From positions 1,539,124-1,603,123 of the forward strand of contig VJWM01000068.1 of the NCBI GenBank assembly GCA_010909165.1: a DNA stretch of 64,000 bases, in the 5' to 3' direction. A model generated the notes under the pieces. That model saw only the letters and a list, made by a program, of their open reading frames with translations. It did no database searches and was not told where the DNA came from. Shown in pieces: positions 1 to 12,107 of the stretch. Source of the stretch: Anthoceros angustus. Lineage: Eukaryota > Plantae > Anthocerotophyta. How positions within the stretch are numbered: the stretch's first letter is position 1; every line of letters begins with the position of its first letter. The translations under genes and the position numbers were made by a program.

Positions 1-960
1 CCCCGGTGCCCCACCACCAGAGCAAACTACTTCTCCACTTCCGTGCGGTAACCATAAATCCCCACCTCCACATGTATAGCGCCACCTTAAGTCAAGGCCA
101 CGCCAACCTCATATTCACGGTGCCCCAACACCCCAGTCGCTCTTCTCCTTTGCTTTCCTTTTGGTTTATCACTTCCCTCAAGAAGAAGTGTCGCTTCCCT
201 CAAAGCGATGTGTGGAATGTAATCCAACATGGGTATGCTCATATTGAAGATAGAGTGTTGAGTTATTACTTACTCTCGGGTCCACTACTCTCCGGGTCCA
301 CTAGGCTTGCTCTTGTTAAGGAAAGGGAAGCGGTGGCAACTCACGAGCCCGCCCATGCATGCAGGATTTCCGCGCAACCACCTTCACTCTGCGATGCGAT
401 TCCGTCTCGGCCTACTCAGCTGTGGCTTCTTGGCTCCTCACTTGTGAGTGCGGCTCTGCTCTTAGCGTCTGGTGTCCACCTTGCTTGTCCCAAGTCATAT
501 GGGGTCCCCAAAGCATGACCTCCGGCTCAGCTACCCTCACTTTTTGCCAGCCCAATAACCTGAGCTTCCCTCCATAAAGATGGGGCTCAACTAAAGTTGG
601 GGCCCCACAAATATACAGCCACGGTGCCCCACCTCAGGCGCAAACTTTTGCTCCGCTTTCTTTTGGGTTTGTAGAAACCCTTCTAAATAACCATGCCTTA
701 AGTGGGCCCCCTCAGGACCGCCAACCTTGACCACGTGCCCCACCACCCCGAGCAAACTACTTCCACTTCCATATCGGTGGTAACCATAAATCCCCACCTC
801 CACATGTATAGCGCCACCTTAAGTCAAGGCCCCTCGCAACCTCCATATTCTGGTGCCCCCAGTGGTCGCTCTTCTCCTTGCTTTCCTTTTGGTTTATCAC
901 TTCCCTCAAGAAGAAGTGTCGCTTCCCTCAAAGCGATGTCAGAATGTAATCCAACATGGG
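1..960 (+). repeat. Partial copies of the array's TIR-element module (right half, ending at TIR ...GAATGTAATCCAACATGGG at 233 and 960)
   Basis: Same sequence as the module at 20212-20798 and elsewhere; present twice here. Confidence 0.8.
237..488 (+). repeat. Duplicate of the TSD / copia LTR start / LINE 5' junction
   Basis: GCTCA + TATTGAAGATAGAGTGTTGAGTTATTACTTA + CTCTCGGGTCCACTA... matches 964-1030, then a noisy match to ~1220, then returns to array sequence. Confidence 0.8.
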
Positions 961-999
961 TATGCTCATATTGAAGATAGAGTGTTGAGTTATTACTTA

Positions 1000-1876
1000 C
1001 TCTCGGGTCCACTACTCTCCGGGTCCACTAGGCGCGGCTTGCTCGCAGTGCAGGAAGGAGCAGGGTGTAGCCTCTTGGCCCTTGTGCATACAGGAGTTCA
1101 TCAGCACCAACCACCTTCACTCTGCGATGCGATTCCGTCTCGGCCTACTCCGACTGGCGGCCCCCTCCTCACTTGAGTGCGGCTCTGCTCTTGGCGTCTA
1201 CGGGTGTCCACCTTGCTCGTTGTCCCCGAAGTCATCGCGTTACTCATGGCGCCATCCGTGGCGTCATGTTTGCTTCATTCGGTGGCTGCCTGGCTGGAGG
1301 GAGGCGGGAGTATACTCTTCTTGGTCGTTCAATCGGGCGGACTTATACCTTGTCGTGGCGACCAGGTTGTGGTGGCGGATGTAGTAGTTCCGACCACTGC
1401 GTGGCGCCACCTCCGCTCAGTCACTGCTCCCATCCAATGAGGCTGCTTTGCCGTCTGGCGGCTCTCAAGGTCCAAGTATAGCGGGATGCAGCGGGCCACC
1501 TCTTTATCCGCTTGCTCTAAAGCGTATGGGGCAATGGTGTGGACTTTGACAAATTCATCAAGTCTTGTGCCAAAGCTTACCATGCGCTGCAGCAGTGTAT
1601 CGTCCTCTGATTACAAAGATACTCCGGCTGGTTTCTATTGCTCTTCAAATGGCGCCTCAACGCGATTCTCCATAAGGCGGCGGCGGTGGGTGATGCCTTT
1701 CCTCTTCCTCTCGTGGTTTTGCCGCTTATTCTACTCGTGATATGACATTGTGGGTGCGCTTGGTCACTTTAGGTAGGAGCTCATTGTTCCTCTTCACTCG
1801 AATCGGTCCCCATTTGTTGTCCCTTCCTAGATGGTCTCTTTCCATCGTTCTTTCACCTCAATAAATCATCTCTTTC
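1000..1876 (+). mobile_element. 5'-truncated non-LTR retrotransposon, probably CRE-like (RLE type)
   Basis: 11-bp TSD GTTATTACTTA (989-999, 1877-1887); no TIRs; AATAAA at 1860-1865 near the 3' end; RLE-type coding remnant. Confidence 0.8.
1030..1690 (+). pseudogene. Frameshifted C-terminus of a CRE-like ORF: Zn knuckle plus restriction-like endonuclease
   Basis: Across frames: SAMRFRLGL, ECGS, GVHLARC..RVTHGAIRGV, RADLYL, VVADVVVP, AALK..KY, GHLFI..AYGAM, IALQMA. Confidence 0.7.
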
Positions 1877-2106
1877 GTTATTACTTATAGTTATTATATC
1901 TAGCTATCTAGTGTATGTGTGTATATAGCTTTAATTTATTTAGCTTACCCTTTCATTAGGGTTACGTCCCTAGGCCAAAGGTCATGTCTCTTGGCTACTA
2001 GAATAAGTCTAGTTGCTACAATCAATTTACCAATGCTTTCTTGTTTTTCTACAATAATGTAATTGATAAATACTCAATTGGTTTGCACCATTTCCATATT
2101 TCGTAA

Positions 2107-2118
2107 TGGTATAAGAGC
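2107..2118 (+). promoter_or_regulatory. Primer binding site (tRNA-iMet type, one mismatch)
   Basis: TGGTATAAGAGC directly after the 5' LTR; consensus is TGGTATCAGAGC. Confidence 0.85.
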
Positions 2119-3148
2119 AATGCTAGGTGCAGATTGCATTCACAAGAATGCACATTAAATTGTGCACATGTTGATGTGCATAAAATGTTCTTTGTGTTTG
2201 TTTCTTGATTAGAAATTAGTTTCTAATAAGAAATCAAGAAAATGTTTGAGAAACCTTTTGTAGCTATTTTTGCTTGATTTGTTAATAGAAATTTTGCATT
2301 TCTAGAGTTCTAGCGATCATCGCCGATTGTTGCAAAGCAATCATCATCGACACGCTAGAACGATCGCCAAGTGGCAAATATCTTTATAAAATCATATAAA
2401 ATTACAATATGTTTCTTGGAATTTTCCAAAACACAAGAATTTCGCCAAATGAATGGCCGATCCTCGGGAGGCGGATGCGGCTGGATGGCGAATCGCCAAA
2501 TACAACATGGTGCAAGAAGAGCGCAGTGAGAAGAACTCCCGATCTTCACCATCGTGCGCCCACCGAGGACTCCACAATCTCCCAAATGTGCAACCCGCCA
2601 TTGTTGGTAACGGCAATCCTCGGGGTTTCCTAACCACAAACGTAGCACCACATACCAAAGATCACACATTTAAGTTCTAGACTAGAATCACAACGACATG
2701 TAGATGACGCTTTGAAAACATAAGTCGAAAGCTGCTTCGAGGACTTACAATCGTTGTCGGATCGATTGGTCACTTGGATTTCAAATTGCTTGCTTTGTTG
2801 AGGCCTCGCTCTTCTTGCTAACCTCGCAATCGAGGGATGCTTGTAAGCATGCTACAAAACTAACAAGCATCACAAATTTGAGAATCCAAACTCGTGTCCA
2901 TCTGCATGACCTATTCCTTTAATCGGGAGATTAGGAAACACAACATAAGGAAAAGGTAGATAGGAGTTGGTCAATTTGCATGACCAACGATCAACCCATC
3001 TTACCTCAGAACGGCTGCATTTGCAGCCACCCCGATGCACGTAGCATCATAACTCTTCTCTCGAATCCTCACACTGTAGCACAGGTCACACGTGCATTAG
3101 AAATTCATCCATAAAATCCTCACCGTGAGGGGACTAACAGTCCTAAAC

Positions 3149-5520
3149 ATGGGTGACTCTAATTTAGCCGGGAGGATTCAAAGAGAAGGATAGATTCAGG
3201 TGATTATGACATCCGGGTACTTAGAATGCGTGGTGCCCTTCAAAACAAGCAGGGTTCATGGGACGCCAAAGTCTCAGAATCGTGGCACCCCTCACCGATC
3301 AAGGCACTTGATGCTTGGACCACAGGAAGGCACAGTTCCTCCTACGGAGTGGTCGTCGACCGACATGTTGAGACAGACCTGTTGCAAAACCTCACCGATA
3401 TTTGGACGCTGCTCCAAAGTCTATTTGGGAACCGATGACACAAGTCAAATGACAAAGACTTGCAACATACAAAACTTGAAGATGAAAGAAGGAGAATCCA
3501 TTGAAAACACGACTACCTTCGATCCCTAGTCTCCAAGTTTGAAAGTGCCGCATGTGATAGTGTGAAGGACCGGCTCTCATTCTTCATTTCATGATGTCAC
3601 TCCGAATCTTGGGCACATTTCGTGACCTCATTCAACACCTCGCAACTACAAGGGCGGAAGATTGCCCAGCCGCAGTGTTGATCTCCCAAAACAACATTTG
3701 CAGAATTAGTGGGAGCTCTTCGTGAAGAAGTCACAAGAGGACAATTCAAACGTCCGTAAATGCAAGCTTTGTACACTAACAACAAAGGAAAGGGCAAGAA
3801 GCCCAACTTCGGTAGACAAAATACCTCGGTGCTAGTAGCTCGCGAGTCTCTACACCAAGAAGCCAAGAAGGCTGGAAAGTGCCACTGGTGCCAAATTCCG
3901 TGCCATTGGGAGTCCGAGTGTCGAAGAAGCGAGTACCTCGCAAGGAGGGCAACTCCACTTCTACACATGTTGTGGTGACTAACAAGGCTACCCCTCACCG
4001 TAGGGACCAGGAGTTTTCCTACCCTCTTGCTAACCCCACATGCTTGTCTGCAAATACTCAAGGCAAACCCATACAGGAGTGGTTCCTTGATGTGCAAACA
4101 AGACATCTGCTTATTGTGGTTCATATGTGTTAGTTCACAACAGATTTGTTTACCTAGGTGACGATAGTAGGCTTCGTGCTGGTGTTGGCACCGCTGTTAC
4201 TGTCCTTCGTGCATCACACTCTTGCTTACAGATGTGTATCATGTGCCCGAAATGACAAGAAACTTGATTGTTAGAAGGTTGAACATGGATAATCAAAGTC
4301 ACATCCTCTTCACTCCGGCTGTAATGTAGGATTATAGATGCTTTTGATCATCGCAAAATCCTAGCCTATGGATCATCCGACCATGATCTCTTTAGATCGA
4401 CACTCACACCACCATGCCAAGGCTAGCCTAGCTTCAAGGTCGCTCGAGAGCAAAGCAAGAAGAACAAGCTAGGTTATGGCATGCACGCTTAGGTCACCCT
4501 CACAACAAGAAAGTTGCAAAAACTAGTGCTAGTGACTGCACAAAGGATGGTAAAATTGGCGGTTGCCATCCTTACCTCTGTGAAGCTGTGTCCAAACGTC
4601 ATCAAGCACCTTCAAGAACAAGACTCCTCACGAGCTTCAAGTGCTTGAACTTGTGCACATCGACATATGTGGGCCACTCGCGACCCTCAATCGGTGGTGG
4701 CGATACTTCCTCATATCTGCTGCACAAGACGAGATTTGTCATGGCTTACATCTTGAAAGCTAAAAGTGAATGCTTCTCTCTCAAAGACTACATGAAACTT
4801 GCGAGAGATGGACGGAAAATCGAAAGTCCTACGCTCGACAATGGTGGAGAATTCACATCTAATTCCGCACTCAGTAAGGACGAAGGATAGGCGGACAACT
4901 TACAGCTTGTGTATACGCAATGTAATGGCGCTGCCGAGCGCTTGAACTTGACACTGCAGGAGATGGTCTCTATGCTTCACCAAGCCTCTTTGCCACTATC
5001 CCATCGGGCCAAGCTTATGACATGTGTATTTACGTAATGCATCGCAACCGCCGTGTGGATTGGACGACTTTGAAGCTTTCTATGGGCGCAAGCCGCTATC
5101 CAACATCTTCGCACTTTCGGATGCATCGCTTTTGCTTTCATCCCTAAGGCCAAGCGAACCAAGTTAGTGCTAAGGCCAAGAAGTACCTCATGATAGGATA
5201 CATCAAGGTATAAAAGCTTATGTCGGTATGACGACTCGTAACAAGGTGGTCTATGCACGAGCGTGACCTTTGATGAAGGTCGAACTTGGCGCAAGTGGGA
5301 GCTACTCCCAGTGGAGGACTTTGATCTTTCGCCTCGACGCCATTGTTTTCGATGATTACGCTCTTGCGGAGATTGCTCTGCGGGGAAGAACAAGAAATGA
5401 TGCTCGGAGCAAGGAGATGAACCGAAAATTTTGTTGAACATTTGCGAAGAACCTCCTCCAGCTGCGTAACGAACCATGACCTTTTACGATCCACGGACCC
5501 GATCCACGGACCCGATCCAC
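3149..5520 (+). pseudogene. gag-pol: Copia-A gag-protease-integrase (frameshifted)
   Basis: ATG at 3149; FKEKDRF; LKMKEGESIE; Zn knuckle CHWCQIPCHWESEC (~3879-3921); EWFLD; LWHARLGHP; LVHIDICGP; DNGGEF; NGAAERLN; HLRTFGCIAF. Confidence 0.88.
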
Positions 5521-5521
5521 A

Positions 5522-6670
5522 TTGACGAGGATGAGGTCAAGATGCTCATCTTCGACAAGGATGCCGAGGTTGAACTCGAGATTCAACCCTTGCAAGCTCC
5601 ACCACAACCCGAGCGCCGTTATCCTGCAAGAGATAGACGGGCACCAGATCATTATCACACAGGACTTTAGAAAACCAACAGCTAATGCAGCCACTTCCCT
5701 GGATCCTATCGAACCTCAATCCTACGAAGAAGCTCTTAGCCGTCCTGATGCTGCAGAGTGGAAAAAGGCAATTCAATTAGAATATGATTCGCTGATCAAA
5801 AATGGAACATGGGAACTAGCTAAGTTACCTCCTGGACGTAAGGTGGTGTCTTGCAAGTGGGTCTTCAAACTGAAGGTAAAGGCTGATGGAAGTTTTGATA
5901 GGTACAAAGCACGACTTGTAGCTCGTGGCTTTTCGCAAGTGCCTGGTCTCGATTACTTCGAAACATATGCTCGTGATGAAGGCCACCTTTTACAACTGTG
6001 CCCGGCAAGACATCAAGACTACGAGTTAGACATGTTTGATGTAAAGACCGCATTTTACATGGCAAGTTGGACACCGAAATCTACATGCACAGCCTCGTGA
6101 TACAAGTAAAAGGCAAGGAAGATCATGTCTTGCGCCTAATAAAACCCTCTATTCAAGCAATCAGATTAGAGTGGAATGCCTGGATGAAGAACTGCACTTG
6201 GATTCGTGAAATGTGTTTGAGCGTATGTTTACAGATCCGTGACGTTGTGTGCTATCTCGCAGTGTATGTTGATGATTTGATTCTATCCGCAATAGCTCCA
6301 CATTCATCACCAAAGTTAACAAGCCGCTATCTACCAAGTTTGAAATGACTAACCTTGGAGCACTTGAGTGCACAGGAATCCTTATTCGAGAGGATAGAAA
6401 AGATCTATATCTCTCACATGACCTCGATACATTAGAATGTGCAATAAATTGGCTTGAAGGATGCAACCAGCGCGACTCCACCGCCATCCGGATGAAATTT
6501 AGCAAGTCCATGTGTCCCGAAACCAAAAGGACATAGAAGACATGAGGTCGGTCCCCTCATGTAAAGGGAGTTGGCAAACTTATCTATGCCGCCAACACTA
6601 CACGACGATGTAGCCTACACCACAAGTGTGCTCGCAATACTCGAGAACCCCGGTCAAACGCACCGGATCG
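5522..6670 (+). pseudogene. pol: Copia-A reverse transcriptase (RVT_2 type, frameshifted)
   Basis: EPQSYEEAL, NGTWEL, CKWVFKLK, YKARLVARGFSQ, DVKTAF, LAVYVDDLIL. Confidence 0.93.
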
Positions 6671-6671
6671 G

Positions 6672-7200
6672 GTGTTAAGAGGGTGGTTAGGTATCCAAGG
6701 AACATCCAACATTGGGATTCGATTCAGACACATACCTGGCACACCACTTGAGCTGGACGTATATACTGACTCCGATTATGCTGGTGACATAGATACACGG
6801 AGGTCAGTGTTTGGGTACTTTGTCATGGTGGCAGGAGGGCCCATATGCTGGTCAAGCAAGAAGCAACCAACAGTTGCAACTTCCAGCACTGAAGCTGAAT
6901 GTCGGGTCCTCACATCTGCTGCTAAAGAAATAGCTTGGTGCAAGCTAATGTTTAAGGAGCTGGGATTGCCACTCCCTACTTGCACCACTATTAGAACCGA
7001 CAACCAAGGATCCATGAACTGGCCAAGAACCCCTGCTTTTCACTCCCGCAAGCACGTGGAAGTGGAATACCACTTCATTAGGGATCTTATCAAATCAGTC
7101 GATTACACCGAGTATGTACCAACAGACAATCCAGCAGATTTGTTCACAAAAGCCCCGAGTAGGGACGCACACAACAGCACATGAAAAGTTTGGGCATGGG
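6672..7200 (+). pseudogene. pol: Copia-A RNase H
   Basis: YTDSDYAGD, RRSVFGY, WSSKKQPTVATSSTEAE, DNQG, KHVEVEYHFIRD, ADLFTK. Confidence 0.93.
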
Positions 7201-8338
7201 CAGCCACGAGGGCTACCAGAGGCCAAGCAAAACCAATCCTAACCTAGCCTATGAGCTAGGAAAGCCCCAATCATTACTCCCATCGGATCATCATAGCAGA
7301 GAGATAGAAGGGACCTCCTACTCATGAGTAGAGGAGTCTCAAATCTTCTCCCAAGATGCATAGTGTCCGATGAAGTAGAGAATGTCTCACCACCAACGAG
7401 GGAGTTTCTTCTCTTTCTCTCCTCGTAGGAGATCCTCTCCTTGGTGCCTGCCTCCTCGCCTAAGCTGCCTCGATCCCGTGAGGGGCGAGTGGGAGCTGTA
7501 GGAAAAGGTAGTGAATTCATGCCGATGACTGCAGGGGTTTAGGAAAAATTGGCAACTAAATGTGGCGTAAAGGATTCTCGCCCAAACAGAAGAGTAATAC
7601 TTACTATAGAAGCTTATGATGTGGTCATCAAAGCCCCGAGCCTGGACACGGACTCTCACCATCTTCAGCCCGTGACCAAGCACTGCACTCAAATAGGCTG
7701 CCTGGGAACCGAGCACAACCGAGGGTAACAATTTTCGCCTCCGACGACTGCTCTAGGCTCGGGAACTTGGGTGGTGCAGGAGGATGTGGCTCGCCAGATG
7801 CATACTTGAACTCACCCTTCTCGCACCGCATCAAACGAAGCTCGAGAAAATAATCGGCTTACAGGCTGGGTGCAGGCGACGAGGTGGAGCTCCCATCTCG
7901 GTCTTCTGCAGGGCTCTTGCTCCACTTGCGCACTGCCCGGGCGCCGCCCTCAAGCAGGCGTCTGTTTTTCGCTCGCCTGGGCGCGGCCCGCCAAGACTCC
8001 ACTGTGCCGCTGAGTGGTTACTCCCTTTGCCTCACTCGGGAGATGGAGGTCGCAGCGCAAACCTACCTAGAGCATCCCTCCGTAGACACGGCTGGTGTGA
8101 GGACAGTCCACAGACTCAAGATGAAGACATCTTGCCTAGGAGCTTCACGCCTAGAAGTCGTGGAAAGAATGAAGACCGAACGTAAAGGCAAGCTATTATG
8201 CTTATGGCACACCTGCAGGCCGCTTCACGAGCGCTCCATTACGCTTGGGGCTGGGTCACAACTGTACACACACACGCCTCAAGCTCAACTCACATGCACA
8301 AGGTGCTCATGAGAAGAAGACACTATGCAATAATCAAC

Positions 8339-8347
8339 AAGTGGGAG
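8339..8347 (+). promoter_or_regulatory. Polypurine tract
   Basis: AAGTGGGAG abutting the 3' LTR. Confidence 0.65.
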
Positions 8348-8594
8348 TATTGAAGATAGAGTGTTGAGTTATTACTTATTATTATATCTAGCTATCTAGT
8401 GTATGTGTGTATATAGCTTTAATTTATTTAGCTTACCCTTTCATTAGGGTTACGTCCCTAGGCCAAAGGTCATGTCTCTTGGCTACTAGAATAAGTCTAG
8501 TTGCTACAATCAATTTACTAATGCTTTCTTGTTTTTCTACAATAATGTAATTGACAAATACTCAATTGGTTTGCACCATTTCCATATTTCGTAA
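8348..8594 (+). repeat. Copia-A 3' LTR (247 bp)
   Basis: TATTGAAG...TTTCGTAA followed by TSD GCTCA. Confidence 0.93.
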
Positions 8595-11500
8595 GCTCAC
8601 ACACGGAATGGCAATTCAAACTATAGGAGGAAGCAGGGGTAATCTATGCTACTGAAGAGAAAGACACTGAGGAAGAGTCAAAGCACGACTTCCACCCCAA
8701 CTACGTAGAGATACTAAGGAGAAGAAGTTGGACAGGGTCCTTGTTCTTTGATGACACCAACTCAAGATCGACACCTTGCCAGTAGAAATGATCACCGCTA
8801 ACAACACACAATAGTCGGTGCTTTTAAACCAGACACTTGAATGTTGTAGAGTCTAAGACTCCAAGCATCTTTCTATGATAAGCTACCGACCTAAAAACTC
8901 CTACTCTTGTTGTGGTTAGGTAGCTCAAGAGCTCCCACTAATTGTCTCATGCGTGTTGTGACCAATGTCAAGGGACAAACTATAGGAGGAAGTAGGTAAT
9001 CTATGCCATCAAGAGAAGACATTGAGGAAGAGCCAAAGACTTCCACCCCAACTACGTAGAGATACTAAGGAGAAGAAGTTGGGACAGAAGGTCCTTGTTC
9101 TTTGATGACACCAACTCAAGATCTGACACCTTGTAGCACTGTAGAAATGATCACCCTGCTAACAACACACAATTGTCAGTTCTTTTTTAAACTAAGCAGA
9201 CACTTGAATGTTGTAGGAGTCTAAGACTCCAAGCATCTCCTTTGAATAAGTCATGTTTTTACCTTAGGGAGGGCTTTAGTAAGCAGGTCAGCTGCATTAG
9301 ATCCCGTAGGGATGTATTCAAGATGATCGACTTAAAGCGCATCTCGGATGAAATGGTAATGAATCTCGATGTCCTTGGTACGTGCACCGGACTCATGGCG
9401 CGCGATTGTTGCGTCCGAGATTGTCGGTATGCGTCGGGAGTGTCCTCTCCCAAGACTCGATGCCCGCGAGTGAGCGATAACTTAAGAAGGTTCCACATAA
9501 CGTATAAAAAATATGGTATATGGATTATATAAAATGGGTCATTACATAGGACTTTGAGCCTCCTTTGGCTTTGGCTTCTATGGATTGAGTATTTGAACTA
9601 AGTTTTCTAGCTAGTGACCATGAAGCGACTTCATGTCATCGTAATGACTTCGGTGCACGTACCATATGGTGATGGTATGTGAGTCATTCTTGCACCTTCA
9701 GAGCTCATACCTCGCCGGGCATGACACCGCCGCACTGTGTCGCACCTTCCACGTCGATGTCAAGCCCGTCCAATGCTCCGCACTTGGGCACCACCACAAC
9801 CGCACACTCCGACACTTGCCCAGCGACAACCTCACCGATGAAAACACGAGGCACGCATGGAAAGCTAACCCCTCACCATCCCTCCCTTCACAATTGTCCG
9901 CAAACGGATCCTCTATATGAGAGCCTCACGAACCGAGCCAAGCGAATTGCGCTTTCATCCACTAAAGTTGAGTATAAGGCCACATAATGGAAGGAGTTAG
10001 AGTGGGAAAGGCAACTTTGGAATGAATCCACTTACCTCAAAGTGCTCCCACTAAGCTTCTATGTGAAAGCATGTAGGCTATTGCCCTTTTTCCAATCCTT
10101 GGTTTCATGCAAGAACCAAGCACATTGAGCTAAACCACCATTATATCCATGACGCCGAAAGGGGCATTGTGAAAGTGGAATACATTAGTCTTGATGAGAA
10201 TACTAATAATTTTACAAAGGGCGCCAAAGCCAAAGCATTTCAAGCATATGGCTGCCCTTGGGCTCGAGTTCACTCGCCTCAGACGAGTTGATATCTACCT
10301 TGTTGTCGTGGCCGAGCTGTTGATTCTTATTGCCTCTAGGGCTCTGGAGCTGCTCGCCTTCTTCCCGCTCAAAATGGCGTATTCATCGATCCGGTACTCT
10401 CAAAGGATGAAGCTACACTATGAAATCTAGGCGTGAGAGGACATATGGGTCATGTTTTAGGAGGTCATATCTTTTTCTTTTCTTTGTGATTTCTTGGTTG
10501 GGTTGTAGAAGGTTCTAGTTTTTCGCTTTCTTTGTGAGGATTTTGGTTTGTTTTGTTTCTAGCTTCTTTGGGACGTTTTTCCTCTTTGTTTTGTTTTCCT
10601 TTGTTTTTGGGTTGGGTTGTAGTTGAAGGTTCTCTTTTATAATTTTGAGGGTTTTTGGTTGTTTTGTCTCTAGTTTCTTATTTTGGGAGGTTATCAATGC
10701 TATTTTCCAATTTTTGGGTTGCGTTGTAGCTTTAGGTTCCAATCTTTTGATTTTGTGAGGGCTTTTGGTTCTCTTGTTTCTAGCTTCTTTAGGTTCCAAT
10801 CTCATTTTCGTGAGGGCTTTTTGGTTCTCTTGTTTCTAGATTCTTTAGGTTCCAATCTCTATCGGATTTTCGTGAGCTTTTGGTTCTCTTGTTTCTAACC
10901 GTTTTGGGAGGTTATTTCCTCTTTGTTTATCTTTTCCTTTGTTATTTTGGGTTGGGTTGTAGAAGGTTCGAGTCTCTTTTGATTTTGTGAGGGCTTTTGG
11001 TTGTTTTGTCTTTAGCTTCTTATTTTGGGAGGTTATCATTGTTATTTTTATTTTGGGTTGGGTTGTAGCTAAAGGTTCCAATCTCTTTTCGGATGTTTTA
11101 GGGGGCTTTTGGTTCTCTTGTTTCGCTTTTTTTGTGAGGTTATTTTTGTTATTGTTTTCCTTTTGGGTTGGATTGTAGTTGAAGGGTCCAATCTCTTGTC
11201 GATTTTGTGAGGGCTTTTGGTTCTCTTGTATCTAGCTTCTTTAGGTTCCAATCTCTTTTCGGATTTTGTGAGGGCTTTTGGTTCTCTTGTTCTTTAAGTT
11301 CCAATCTCTTTTCGGATTTTGTGAGGGCTTTTGGTTCTCTTGTTTCTAGCTTCTTTAGGTTCCAATCTCTTTTCGGATTTTGTGAGGGCTTTTGGTTCTC
11401 TTGTTTCTAGCTTCTTATTTTGGGAGGTTATCATTTATTTTTTTTATTTTTTTGGTTGGGTTGGTTCCAATCGGTCTTTAGATTTTGTGAGGTTTTTGAT

Positions 11501-12107
11501 TGTTTTGTTTCTAGCTTCTTTTTGGGAGGTTATTTTTGTTATTGTTTTTCCTTTTGGGTTGGATTGTGGTGAAGGTTCCACTTTTGGATTTTTGAGGGCC
11601 TTGACCGTTTTGGGAGGTTATTTATTTTTGCTTTCTTTTGTGATCTTTTTGGTTGTTAGTGGATATCTTCCATTGCTTATGATCATGAGGTATCTACGTG
11701 TGGTCCTCGTCTAATCAAAGCAATGGGAGTAGGCAGAGACTTGGCCTCGAGAGCTTTGCAACTCTCGAGTTTCGGACCGCCTCGGGAGGCGTCTCTCAAC
11801 AAGTGCAAGAGCACTTGTTTTTTGGTCCCATGTTGGATTACATTCCCACACATCTTTTCGAGCAAGCTTTCCCATAAAAACAAGGAGATCCCTACATGTA
11901 TATAGCACTCAAGGGGGGTCCCCAAAGCCCGACCTCCCCACCACATGAGGCTCAACGTGCACCACCTCACTTTTTGCTGTCGGCAATAACCAGAGCTTCC
12001 TCCATAAAGATAGGGCTCGGGAGGCAGATCCCGGGGCTTCCGAGATTCACCCTCCAGTGGCCACACTTATCCCAATCGCTGCTTCAGACGCTGGGTTTCT
12101 GGCCCCA

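Larger units (their letters stand above)
969..2106 (+). repeat. Copia-A 5' LTR (969-999 plus 1888-2106), split by a LINE insertion
   Basis: Matches 8348-8594; by eye two substitutions and a 3-nt indel. Confidence 0.92.
969..8594 (+). mobile_element. Full-length Ty1/copia LTR retrotransposon (Copia-A)
   Basis: Paired LTRs, 5-bp TSD GCTCA (964-968, 8595-8599), PBS, PPT, domain order gag-PR-INT-RT-RNaseH. Confidence 0.95.

Noticed and set aside
1000-1876. Mutator-like element (suggested by the 11-bp TSD)
   Set aside because: No terminal inverted repeats; coding remnant fits an RLE non-LTR element
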